Shown here: positions 1-11,277 of the stretch, piece by piece | Layout: each line of letters opens with the position of its first letter | How positions within the stretch are numbered: position 1 is the first letter of the stretch | Origin: Proteromonas lacertae | Lineage: Eukaryota | Assembly (NCBI GenBank): GCA_002245135.1 | Contig: NGBS01000031.1 | Span: 62,001-82,871 of the forward strand | Length of the DNA: 20,871 nt | Direction: 5' to 3' | Notes under the pieces: generated by a model | Told to the model about the DNA's origin: nothing | Databases searched by the model: none | What the model saw: the letters and a program-made list of their open reading frames with translations, nothing else | Made by a program: the position numbers and the translations under genes

Positions 1-645
1 GTTAGATTGAGGAGGCCTTAAGTATGGTGGTAATAGATATTTAGTAACTGATCCTTTTGTTGTATCAACTGGATATTCTATTGGACAACCCTGGAAAATC
101 AAATCTAATATTTTCATAGTCTAAAAATCAATATATAAATAAAACAAATATACTAAATGTGGAATTGGATTATCTTTCATATTAATCTTGATTGAATATT
201 TGGGTAAAATATGATAAACATTAATAATTGCTCTTCCTCCCACTCTACCTATCATATTTCCCGTTAAATTAATAATCTGCAATGAAGTGTTCCTTAGTAT
301 ACCATTACAAAATGGTATTACTCCTTTTGAAGTGATTCTATTAGAACTTAGATCAATCTCTGTTAAGAATGGGCAAAATGGAATTATTTTACTCAATTTT
401 CTTACTCCTTTATCACCAATTTCATTTCCACTAAATCCAATGCAAGTCAATCTTTGATATGTCTTTAAGGATGGAACAAATTTAATAAAACCTAAATCAG
501 TAATTCTACATCTATTCAATATTATCATCTGCATTTTAGCAAATCTTGTAACTAGATAATCTGAGAGATAATGTTCAACCAATTTCAAACTTGCATCTCC
601 TAATGGATTATCTTCAATTAACAAAGTCTAATTGAGTATTATTAA

Positions 646-676
<31 letters not shown>

Positions 677-3475
677 ACTTGTGGAGTATAAGTATAACAT
701 CTCAAAGTCTCGATTAAATTATTCATTCCAATTTCATTTATCATATTCTTTGCAAATGCTATTGCTTCAACTGTAAAACACGATTTCAATCCTTGTGATA
801 ATCTTCTAATACCTTTATCATCTATTGTTCCTTCACCAATTGCTAATGTGTGTAAGAATTCACTATGTGGTAATAAATCTGTTATAATTGAAGCCTATAT
901 ATTGATGATAAACTAATATTTTATACATCATTATTTGTTATTGTAACTCCATCAATTAAGACATTATTTCTTTCAAAACCTGTAAGATTCTCCCACCATC
1001 TTGCTTCAGGTTGACTATTATAATAAATAAATAAAATGAAAAAATATACTCTAAAGGCTTCCAATTGGTTGTTTTTAAATCATAAGCAACCATTTTGAAT
1101 GATCTAATTGGTAATAATGGTTTATAATGTCCTGTTCTCATTTGTTGTGCATTTGCATAACTGAATAATTGATCAACTTTAAATCTTTCATTAAATCCTC
1201 TCCATCTAAATCAAAATAAATATATATTCAAATATAAGAAAAATACAATTTCTGAAATGATGTTGCAGCATTTTGAATACTTTCATACTCAGCTTTTTCT
1301 AATGATCTTAAATACTCTACAAGCTTCTTTGCATTATGCCTTCTTACAATGGATTGTATTTTTATTGCCGCTTTTGTATATTCTAAATATAATTTATAGT
1401 TCTTTCTGGTATGATAACCTCTATATTTTGTTTGTATTACTAAAGCTGCATGATATAATTTCTTTCTTAACTTTCTTCTTTCTATCATTTGAGTTTTCAC
1501 TTGTTTTCTAACTCTATATCCTCTCCATCTATACACATAATAATACTAATAATAATAAATTCATACACTCTTTGAATGGTAGAACATGCCAACATCTGTC
1601 TTTTTGCTCTTTTAATTGATTTGAATATCTTTTGAGCTTGTCCAAAGGCTGATAAACTTAGTCTTGTTTTATAACCTCTGTATACTCTTTGTATATTTGT
1701 AGCAGCTGCTATTTGTCTTCTCTTATTCTCAATTGCTGCCATTGCTGCTTTATAACTATTTAATAAATATATATGTGATTTATGTTTATATATACTTTTT
1801 ATCTCTTTCTCTTTCTTCTAATCTTTTTAGTTTTGATGTTGATGGTTTTGCTCTAATATATAATTATAATATAAACTAAAATAAAATATACAATCTTGAT
1901 TTTCTTGGTTCAAGAGATGTAGAAGTATTAGAAAGTTTTGAATTTCTTGCCATTGTACTCTTTCTATGTTTCATTGGTGAAAACTGTGATATAATTGAGA
2001 TTCTACTAGTTCTATTGGATGTTGAAACATTATCAATTAAAGGACTTCTTACTCTTTGTGTGAACTTTCGTTTAATGTTTAATATATCTTCTGTAAACCT
2101 CTGATCATCAGATTTATATGTTGCTACAGATGCTCTACTTAAATCATTATCTTCTTCTTCTTCTCCTGCTCCAGTAGCAATTGATTTTAATTCTCCCACT
2201 TTATCTTCTTCTTCCTCATCTACTTCACTTACAGGCTGAACTTCATCACTTTTTACATTTTCTTCTGATACTTTTTCTTCTACTTCTTCTTGTTTTACTT
2301 CAAATTCATTCTTTTCATTCTCATTTTCTTCATTTTCTTTTTCTACATCATATTCACTATGTGGTTCAACTTCATCGACTGGTTGTTGTTGTTCTTCTTC
2401 TTCACTGTTATTCTCTGTACTGTCTTTATCTATTTCTACTGGTTCTGGATTATCTACAATATTTAATAAATGAGCTAATTGTCTATGCATTGATTGATCT
2501 TTTAGATTATTCAAACATCTATTCAAAAAATATAAATATAAATAATATTATATACAATTCTGCAAATTGTTTTTGAAACGATTTAGCTGAACATGTTCCT
2601 AATTTAAAATATAACTCATCAGATGGTTTATCAGATCTTTTCAATGCTTCTAAAAAGAAATCCATAGCTAATGTAAAATATCTCAATTTCATAAAACTTT
2701 TACCATAATAAAACCAAGTCTTTTCATCAGCATACCATTCCTCCCATCGACTGTAATGATATCTTGTTTCATCACGTATTTTATTGTCAAATGTTGCTTT
2801 GTATAATCTTGTATTCTTTGGACTATTTGATTCTTCTAACGTTCTAGCTAATGCCATATAATAATCTTGTTCTTCCAGTTTATAAGGTATTTTTGTACTT
2901 AAATGTTGAAGATAATCAATTGATTTTCTGTACTGTTTTAAGTATTTAAGTATGATTGCTGCTTCAAATATAACATTTGGTAGAAATTCATATGTTGGAA
3001 ATCGAGTTATAATTGTTGATTCAATTTGTAAAGCTCCTGAATACACTCCATATTCATAATAGACCATACTCACTTTGTGTAATAACTGAGCATTTCCTGC
3101 ATTTATTAAATATTTTAATGCAGTGCTAAACACTTCCTGACATAACTCAAGATAATTGTAATTGTCTGTTTCTTTATAAAGTCTATAATAACATTCTCCC
3201 AGTAATCTGAACATCTCACCTTCTGTGTTATTGTGTTTATTTATATTTGGAGTCATATCTGCGACTGTTTGAAGGTATTTGGCACATTTCTTTATATTGT
3301 CATTTCCTGTTTAAATATAAATTATACATTATAAAATACTATAATAATTATAACCAATTTCAATCAGTTCTTTCACTGGAACACCAGTTAAAGAGTTATC
3401 ATCTGATTTCACTAGATCAATAATACATAATTTCATACACTTATCTAATTTTTTGGGTTTCGCTGATTTATTCAT
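1..3475 (-). CDS. Multi-exon host protein: N-terminal TPR-like repeats, acidic linker, several IQ calmodulin-binding motifs, C-terminal RNI-like leucine-rich repeats (3' end runs off window)
   Basis: ATG at 3475. ORF fragments join in frame across GT-AG introns (e.g. 3307-3339, 2519-2555, 1853-1891, 1756-1795, 1529-1566, 1206-1246, 1015-1049, 628-678, 121-153). IQ motifs IQRVYRGYKTR, IQTKYRGYHTR, IQSIVRRHNAK. LRRs LSSNRITSKGV, LTGNMIGRVGG. Confidence 0.85.
651..674. repeat. (TA)12 microsatellite inside the 628-678 intron
   Basis: Read directly from the sequence. Confidence 0.9.
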
Positions 3476-3604
3476 CCGATGTCAATCAAAAAATAAAAAA
3501 AATAAAAAATAAAACCACACTAGTCGTTTCATGTTGTGAAACGGATTCATTTTTGGATTAGTTATCGAATTAATATTCGTTTTATAATCATTTCAAAATA
3601 AAAA

Positions 3605-5027
3605 ATGAGTGTCAAATTGGTTATGGATAATGGAGGAAGTAGTATAAAATGCGGATATGCTGGTGATGAAAACCCAAAAATGTATTTCTATTGTTATACA
3701 ACCGTTAGTGATTTATTAAATGCAACGGCATATGTTACAAAAACATTATTTCATCTTGTTGCTGATGAAATTAAGACAAAAGTTAAGCAAAAGTCTCAAT
3801 TGAGATATCATTTGCCTTTTGAGAGGTATGTATAATTCTTTATGTTTTGTTAGAGGTTATTTAACTAATTTTGATGAATGTGAAATTGTTTGGAAAAGAT
3901 TATTCTCTCAAGATTTACTAAATATAGTATATACTCTGCAAACTCAAAATATTCAATAGAATTGTCAAGATACAAGTCTGTTTATGACAGAACCATTGTT
4001 TAACTTTCGTTCAATACAAGAAAAAACAGCAGAAATGGTGTTTGAAAAGTTTGGATTTTCTTCTTTTGCTTCTACTCCAGGATGTTTATTAGCAGCTTAT
4101 TATCACAACTGTCATTTTCAAAAACCGCCAAGCTGTTGTTTAATAATTGATAGTGGCTTTAGTTTCACTCACATAATACCAATTATTAATGGAAAAATAT
4201 ACAAATCAGGAATTAAAAGGTATGTTTATAACATTTTTGTTTTGCCATTATTATTTATTAAATAGAATTGATATTGGTGGTAAACTGTTGACAAATTATC
4301 TAAAAGATGTTATTAGTTATCGATATTTCAATATGCAAGATGATACTTATGAAATAAATAAAATAAAAGAAGAATTATGTTTTGTGAGTTTAGATTATAA
4401 GAAAGATTTTGAAATGAGTGGAAAATTAGGTGGAAATAACAATATTGTTAAGAATTATGTATTACCAAACTATACACAATAATGGAAGGAATATTACAAG
4501 AAAATATCTCCGAAGAAATGAAGAGAACAATAAATCGACAAGATATTCAAATATTGTCATTAAAGAATGAAAGGTTTATTGTTCCAGAATTATTATTCAC
4601 TCCAAATGATATTGGTATTAATCAAAAAGGTATTTGTGAAACGATTGTTGATAGTTTAAATACACTACCAAGTTATATTCATCCATTATTATTAGAAAAT
4701 ATCGTATTATGTGGAGGAAATACACTCTTTCCAAACTTCAAATTGAGAATTGAGAAGGATTTAAGATGTTTAATCAATGAAGATTATAATATTAAAGTTT
4801 ATCAATATGATGAGTATTATTAGTTTATATTATTATTATGTTATAGAAGTCAATATACTGCATTTAGAGGTATAGTCACTCTATGCAAGCAGGTTTAATG
4901 ATATTGTAAATGTATATTTTATATAATTATAATTATATATTTTTGTGAATAGTATGTTACAAAAGAAGAATATAGAGATAGTGGAATTAATTTAATGTAT
5001 ACAAATGAAGATGAATTTGATTTTTAA
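3605..5027 (+). CDS. ARP6: Actin-related protein 6 (SWR1 complex subunit), multi-exon, with one clear and one probable 1-nt frameshift in this sequence
   Basis: Actin-fold motifs MDNGGSSIKCG, PFERGYL, MTEPLFN, IIDSGFSFTHIIP, IDIGGKLLTNYLK, YVLPN, LKNERFIVPELLF, GGNTLFPNF, VTKEEY. Introns 3682-3708, 3826-3853, 3927-3959, 4220-4265, 4814-4846, 4912-4952. Stop TAA 5025-5027. Confidence 0.9.
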
Positions 5028-5118
5028 ATTTTTAATAAATGTGTTTTTCTTTTAGAAACTTTGTAAAGATAAGTAAAAAAATAATTATTATATTTATATA
5101 TATATTTCTTATTATAAT

Positions 5119-7103
5119 TTAAAAATCATATAACTCATCTTCATTCTCAACTTTCAATACATTCATATTCATAACCTTTTCAATTTGCCATTGAGTTATT
5201 CTCTTTGACAATTCTTCATCATATTTCAAATCTTCAACCTTCAAAGGCTTTCCAGTAATTGGACATGTATTACCATTCTCTTTCAACCATTTCTCAATTG
5301 TATCTTTCTCAAATACTTGTCCATAAGGAGATTTCATCGGTTTTCTCATTACATGGCCATTTATTGAACAAACAAATTCTTCAGGAACATCGGATGGTTT
5401 TGGCGCTGGTTTTACTAATGGAGGTTGTTGTTGTTTCTTATTAATTCTCTTCTTATGTCTTCTTTTGGTTGTTGTTTTATCTAAATCAGGTGGTAATTGT
5501 AATGTACATTGTCCTGGACCAATGGGTGGTAAATCTCCCAGTAATGATTTTACTTTATCAGGTTTTGGAGTTGCTTTTACTGGTGATGCAATGGCTGATT
5601 TACTTTCTTCTCTTACACTTCCTGTAGTTTCATTAAATGTATCGTCCATATTGTCTGGTGGAGGTGACATTGATTCTTCACAACCTATTTAATAATAATA
5701 ATAATAATATAATATATGTATACTTGGATCTTCTAAATATGAATCTAATAATCTAAATAACAATGCATAAGTCACTGTATCTCTACTAACATTAATTTCA
5801 CCTGATTTTTCCAATAGATTAGTTACTTGAATCACATCTTCAATATTCAATTCACTAAATATATCACCAAATCCACCTAATATATTATGTGGCATTACAT
5901 CGTCAGGTATTTCTAAATCATAACTTGGATGGAAGGAATCAATATTTGCATTGTATAATAGTAATAACGATAGAATACCTTGATGAGCTTGAAAGAACTT
6001 GGATGATTGTAATAATGGAACAGTAAAGTTTGATAATAACAACTGATTTCTATCATCACCTTCCACTCTGAAACTGATTGTACATAATAGTTTTAATGCG
6101 ACAATAATACCTTGTACCAATATTGGATCTTCTACAAAAGTAGCTGCTTTGGATAATGCTGGTGCAAAATCAACTGAATTGGTGATATAAGGAATTAATA
6201 TCTTGCCAGTTATAGCCAGTCTTTTTAATTAGAAAATCTCTTATATTTGTGGTAGAAGAAGAGTTAATCATGTATAAATCATAAATTCCTTGTAGTAAGT
6301 AAATGATTAATAGATGTTGGTTTAATTCTAAATCTGATTTTCGTGGTTTTTTGAAGAATCTTTCATATATTGTATCACAACAAGAAACTAAGAAGGAATT
6401 GTTGGTGAACAATTTCTATTAAATATTATATAACAATTATATATATATATACATCACACATTTTACCCATTAAATCTTGATACATTAACAATGAAGCTAA
6501 TAATTGAAATGTATCGTCTGGTTTTTTAAAGTATGTATCTGGCCTGGTTAATCCATAGAATATTTTCAACATGTTATTCAATAACATATCTTCACAATCA
6601 GTAGTCTATTGATTATATAAAAATGTACAAATATACTTTTAAAATTGCTTCTACAAGTAAGAAAGCAACATCAATATCTTTATCTAACAATTCTAAAAGA
6701 TCAGAAGCGGTAAATTTATAATCACAACTTCTACAAAGGATCATTACGACTAATTGATGAAACTTTCCTATTTTGGATGATTTTTTGAGATCTTTCAATG
6801 TATCATCAATAACCTCAGTTAGTCCACACTTCAATAAGTCAAGAATTAAATCTCTGACTTTTTGTCTCATTGCTAAGTTAGCTAATACCTCTAATGCATT
6901 TGTTTTAAGATCAACATTTATGTCTTTATTGTTTAATACATCAAGCTAGAGGATATACTATTAATCTATACAACTTTCTGAATTACAGCTTTTGTGGTGT
7001 CATCTTTTAATATTTTACTTGTCATGTCTTTTGTGAGTTTAAGCAACTCTGCAACTTGGCTTGCACCAAGAGCAGCAGCTGAAACATACTTTGAAAGTGA
7101 CAT
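5119..7103 (-). CDS. Helical (ARM-like) protein with C-terminal U-box domain, putative E3 ubiquitin ligase
   Basis: U-box motif VPEEFVCSINGHVMRKPMKSPYGQVFEKDTIEKWL..TCPITGKPL. ATG at 7103. Introns 6946-6974, 6606-6636, 6416-6452, 5685-5723. One frame break between 6172 and 6231. The ARM-like call for the N-terminal part is an inference from Leu-rich helical composition. Confidence 0.8.
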
Positions 7104-7155
7104 TTTGAAATAACTGAATTTTCAAAATTTCAAATTTCTTTTTTCATTACTTCAC

Positions 7156-7163
7156 AACAAACA
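7156..7163 (-). promoter_or_regulatory. TGTTTGTT motif just downstream of a stop codon, matching the Blastocystis polyadenylation-associated motif
   Basis: Minus strand reads CTA TAA AATATTG TGTTTGTT. A variant, TGTGTGTTGTTGTT, follows the next gene at ~8409-8422. Confidence 0.5.
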
Positions 7164-7170
7164 CAATATT

Positions 7171-8334
7171 TTATAGAATGAAATAGGTTATATTATCTAA
7201 TGCCTCCATAAAAAGAACAACTGTTCTATAGTTATATGGGAAATTTGCATATTTAACTGCATGAGGTAATTCTTCCATACTAAATCTCTTGCAATATGAT
7301 ATTATTGTTTCATCTTGCACCATTGGTACTATCTTATCCAAAGTTTCATCTATTTGTTCTGGTGTAGCATGTAACAACCAACTATTTAATTATACTATCT
7401 AAATATGTTTATACTGTTTGATCGAGAATCCGTTAATTTTAATATGCTTATTAGCCATAGCTCCAGGTGGTAGAATAAGTGATTCTTTTGAATTACAACC
7501 ATAATTTACAAATTGACCATCATCACTATAAATATATAAAATAAATAAGAAAAATACTCTAATTTTCTTACCAATTCTAAGGATATCTTACCTCCTTGTC
7601 CATCTACTACTAATCTTGGTAATTTCTTTCCTTTCACTAGTTCAGAGTATTTATATGTTCTTAAATAATCTTCATGGGCAATAATATTAGCTCCATTTGT
7701 GAATAAATGTTTAAATATATCCTCATAATAAGGGGTTGAAGCTACTAAGTTGATTGTCTCAATTTCTAATTTTGCACATTGTTGAATGATTGATTGACCA
7801 ATTGGATTCTGTGCACCAGCTTGTAATAATACATCCTGCTTACTTAATTTCACAAAATCGTTTAAAATGTGATAAGCAGCTGCATGAGTTAATATTGTGG
7901 CTGCTTGAGCAATTGGGATAGTTGATGGAATTACACGAACATTTTCACTATCAACTACAGTTTCATGACACCAAGTTCCACAATTTGGCTTAGTAAACAC
8001 AACATGGTCTCCCTCTTTCATATTTTTTACTCCTGCACCTACACCAGTAATTACAGCTGTACCTTGACTTCCACCAACAGCTGGAAGGGAAGCTGGGACA
8101 TGTGCGATTCCTGCAATCTATATACTAAGATAAATTCATTTATACAGAAGCTAAATCAGTCTGATCCATAGGAGCAGCTAACATCTTGCAAGCTACTTGA
8201 TTTTCTTTTGGTTCTGCAGGTTTTACATCTTTTGGTTTAAGAACCTCTTCAACAGCACCATATTTCTCAAACATATAAGAAATCAATCTTGCATTTCTTA
8301 CAGATCTTTTAGTTATGGAGGAAAGACAAAACAT
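7171..8334 (-). CDS. MECR: Mitochondrial trans-2-enoyl-thioester reductase-like protein (MDR superfamily), divergent
   Basis: Presequence-like N-terminus MFCLSSITKRSVRNAR. Motifs KYGAVEEVL, KMLAAP, PAVGGSQG, GTWC, AYHILNDFVKL, GGTMVNYG-like segment, KHIKINGF. Introns 8118-8145, ~7530-7558, 7382-7414. Confidence 0.75.
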
Positions 8335-8451
8335 CTTTAAAACTATTTAGCTTGACTTTATTTTTTGCTTGAACATTTTGACAGTCACATTCATGTAAAT
8401 CAAATTTTAACAACAACACACAATATAAATATGTTATTACATTATTATAAA

Positions 8452-9444
8452 TTAAACAGGAGGAGGAATTCTATTAAGAACATCCATCAAAATACATGTT
8501 TGCTTCTTATAATCCATTTCATACTCTCCATCAACATCTACTAAGAACTTATGGGTTAATATCATTGCAGCTTCCTTCACTTATAACAACATAGAATTAA
8601 AGAATAACTACATATTAACCATTTAATTAATATAAAAGATATATGATATGGTTTTACAAACAATGAATTTTGCAGTATTGCTACTGCTTTTATTGCTGTC
8701 ATAAACTGTTGAATTGATCTAGGTGATAGTCTTTCAACTACTTTATAATGTGTATTTATTGCAACACATATATTTCTAGCATAACATTCAATATCACTAT
8801 GACAAATAAAATACTCTATTGATTTGGACATTTGAATTAAATCAGCTATTTTTATTGTTTCTACTGCTATATTACTTGAACTATTTCAATAATTAATATA
8901 TTTATATTATAAATACTGTAAATAATTTGGAGTAAAATCTGGGATTTTCAATGAATTTACATATACTGAAAAGATTGACCAAAACCTTTTCTTATAGAGT
9001 GAAAAATTGGGTAATATTACATCATAACAAGCAATAATCACAAATAAATACGGTATATCTAATCTAAATGAAGAACGAGCCATGTGAAATGAAGGAGAGA
9101 TTGATAACTAAATACATAATACTATTTCAATTATATACATCAATTATATGAGATATGATTTCATTACTTGCATTGTGAAAATGAGTTAAAATCACCACAT
9201 TATAACCTTTTCTTTGTGTACCATTATATCCTGGAGATTGTATGCTGTCTGTTTTTATATGCTCCAATGTAGTCTCAGGTAATATTTCATAAATCATAGA
9301 ATTCTCTATTAGTGAATTTATTCTTTCTGCAAGTTTATTCTCATCAAATTCAGAATTTGTACGTATAAAAATATGGCCATTTGTAAGAATAGATAATTTT
9401 ATCAAACTACTCAACTTCTGACTTAGTTCAATACTTTCATCCAT
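8452..9444 (-). CDS. Degenerate AAA+ family protein with ChlI/MoxR-type lid domain, function unknown
   Basis: Lid-like segment YARNICVAINTH..LSPRSIQQFMTAIKAVAILQNSLFVKPYH..ILTHK. C-terminus VLNRIPPPV*. Introns 9108-9138, 8881-8916 and an unusual last intron at ~8580-8642. No intact Walker A seen. Confidence 0.6.
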
Positions 9445-9528
9445 ATCCAAAATTATATTCGTTTCTTTATTTTGTTTTTAAAGAAATAAAGCAAATATAA
9501 ATAAAATAATTCAGTTATAAATGTTAAA

Positions 9529-11091
9529 TTATCTATTATTCTTCATATTATTCAACAATTTTATACAATCATTCTTCTTTTCTTCAGTATCTGAAAATCT
9601 CAAAGCCATTTCACAGTAAGGTATTGCTTCATCAAAATTATTCTAAATAATATATATTATGAAAGAATTAATACCATTTTGTAATAACATGTACTTAAAT
9701 AGGCATTACACATATAAATATCCACATATGACTTTGATAAAGATAATGAGGATTTATAATAGTATATTGCACTATTATAATCACTTAAATTGAAATAACA
9801 ACATCCAAGATTGTAATTTATAATAAACTTATCATCATTTTTTGTTGAAACTAGTAATGAAGATTTGAAATACTTTATACTATTATCATAATCATTCTAT
9901 TTAAATTTTAATTTAAATAATATATATAAATACAATATAAAAGTAGCAACCTCCTATATTAAATAAACAAATATGTCTATGTTTATCATCTGTAAATATT
10001 GTCAAAGCTGATTCAAAATATTCTATTGCTTTCATTGATTCTTTTATTGTGTAATAACATTTTCCTAATAATGTTAAATACTCAAATTTATCTTCGTCTA
10101 CACTAATATCAATTAAAGCAGAATTTAGATGATTGATTGCTAATTTATATTTACTAATTCTATAACAACTAATGGCTAATGTATAATTTCTTTGTACTTT
10201 TTGTTCTTTTGTTAAATCATTTTCTTTAATTGTTTCCAACAAATTGTTACATTCTTCAAACTTCCCAATTGATAATAATCTAGTTGCTGCAGTTAAAATA
10301 TTCTCAAACTTATTTTCACTTACTTCATTTACACATGATTCTATCTTTCTTAATAGTGTATTTATTCTATTTTCTATTTCATACAATGATGGTCTATCAT
10401 TTGGTTGAATATTCAACATTTCATCTATTAGTTCTTCAAAGAGTGATTCTCTTTTCCCACCATAATTTCGAGTAAAGTCTAACTCTTCTTGTGGAATAAT
10501 TATTTTCATATTAATAGTTTGTGTTTTTGATCCATCAAATGCTAATCTCAATGTATATAATTCATATAAAACACATCCCAATGCAAATATATCACTTTCT
10601 ACAGAGTAATCACTCATTATCCATATCTCTGGAGCTATATAATTCCTTGTTCCATTTATATTCTCATCTTTTTCATCAATATCAATTGCCAAACCAAAAT
10701 CACCAATTATTAACTCATCATTATCTCCAATAAATATATTATCTGGTTTTAAATCTCTATGTAATATTCCTTGCTCATGGATATATCTTAATCCATTTAT
10801 TAAATTCATTGTGTATTTGAGTATTACATCAATTGATAAATCATGCCCTTCTCTCTGTTTTTTCAATAATAAACCACGCAAATCACCTTTCTCAAAGTAT
10901 TCTGTATATATATAAAACTTCTTTTCATCAGTGTCATACTTTGATCCATAATATATCAATACATATTGATTTTTCATCTTTTCTAATACTTTTGCTTCAT
11001 TTAATACTTTATCTGCTGATTTTTTATTGACTATTAGCTCTTTTCTCGCAACATTTATCCCATTCATTTTTATTAAATGCACTTTCCCATA
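9529..11091 (-). pseudogene. NEK-like Ser/Thr protein kinase with C-terminal TPRs, 5'-truncated in the Gly-rich loop by the viral insertion
   Basis: [48 protein letters not shown] helices follow. Introns 9897-9933 and 9643-9674. Stop 9529-9531. Upstream of YGKV the frame reads [10 protein letters not shown], with no GxG and no ATG. Confidence 0.85.
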
Positions 11092-11113
11092 ACATATAAT
11101 ATAAATGCATGAA

Positions 11114-11262
11114 ATCCTCTTTTATAGAGGATCCTCTTCTAAAAGAGGATTTTTAGATCCTCTCTGAAAGAGGAAAGAGGATTTTTAGATCCTCTTTAAA
11201 AGAGGAAATATAATTTTTATAAAATCCTCTTATTAAAAAAGATGACAAATGAAAAATCCTCT
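11114..11262. repeat. Sub-terminal array of ATCCTCT/AGAGGAT inverted repeats, including a perfect 22-nt direct repeat
   Basis: ATCCTCT at 11114, 11131, 11157, 11189, 11224, 11256. AGAGGA(T) at 11126, 11144, 11169, 11176, 11201. AAAGAGGATTTTTAGATCCTCT at 11142-11163 and 11174-11195. Confidence 0.92.
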
Positions 11263-11277
11263 ATCCTAAACATATAT

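Noticed and set aside
7160..7175. Polyadenylation-created stop codon
   Set aside because: A complete TAA is already encoded at 7171-7173 upstream of the TGTTTGTT motif.
1257..10733. Short antisense ORFs (1257-1511, 2181-2576, 5259-5444, 5465-5692, 7965-8171, 10284-10475, 10521-10733)
   Set aside because: Shadow frames opposite well-supported genes, with low-complexity Leu/Phe/His-rich or featureless translations.
11088..11105. Resemblance of CATAACATATAATATAAA to the adenovirus terminal origin CATCATCAATAATATACC
   Set aside because: The match is almost all A/T in AT-rich DNA and the first bases belong to the kinase Tyr-Gly codons. Worth revisiting only if the right terminus mirrors it.
11114..11262. 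CRISPR-like array
   Set aside because: Repeats are 6-7-nt motifs in alternating orientation with very short gaps, there are no unique 25-45 nt spacers or cas genes, and the context is eukaryotic.
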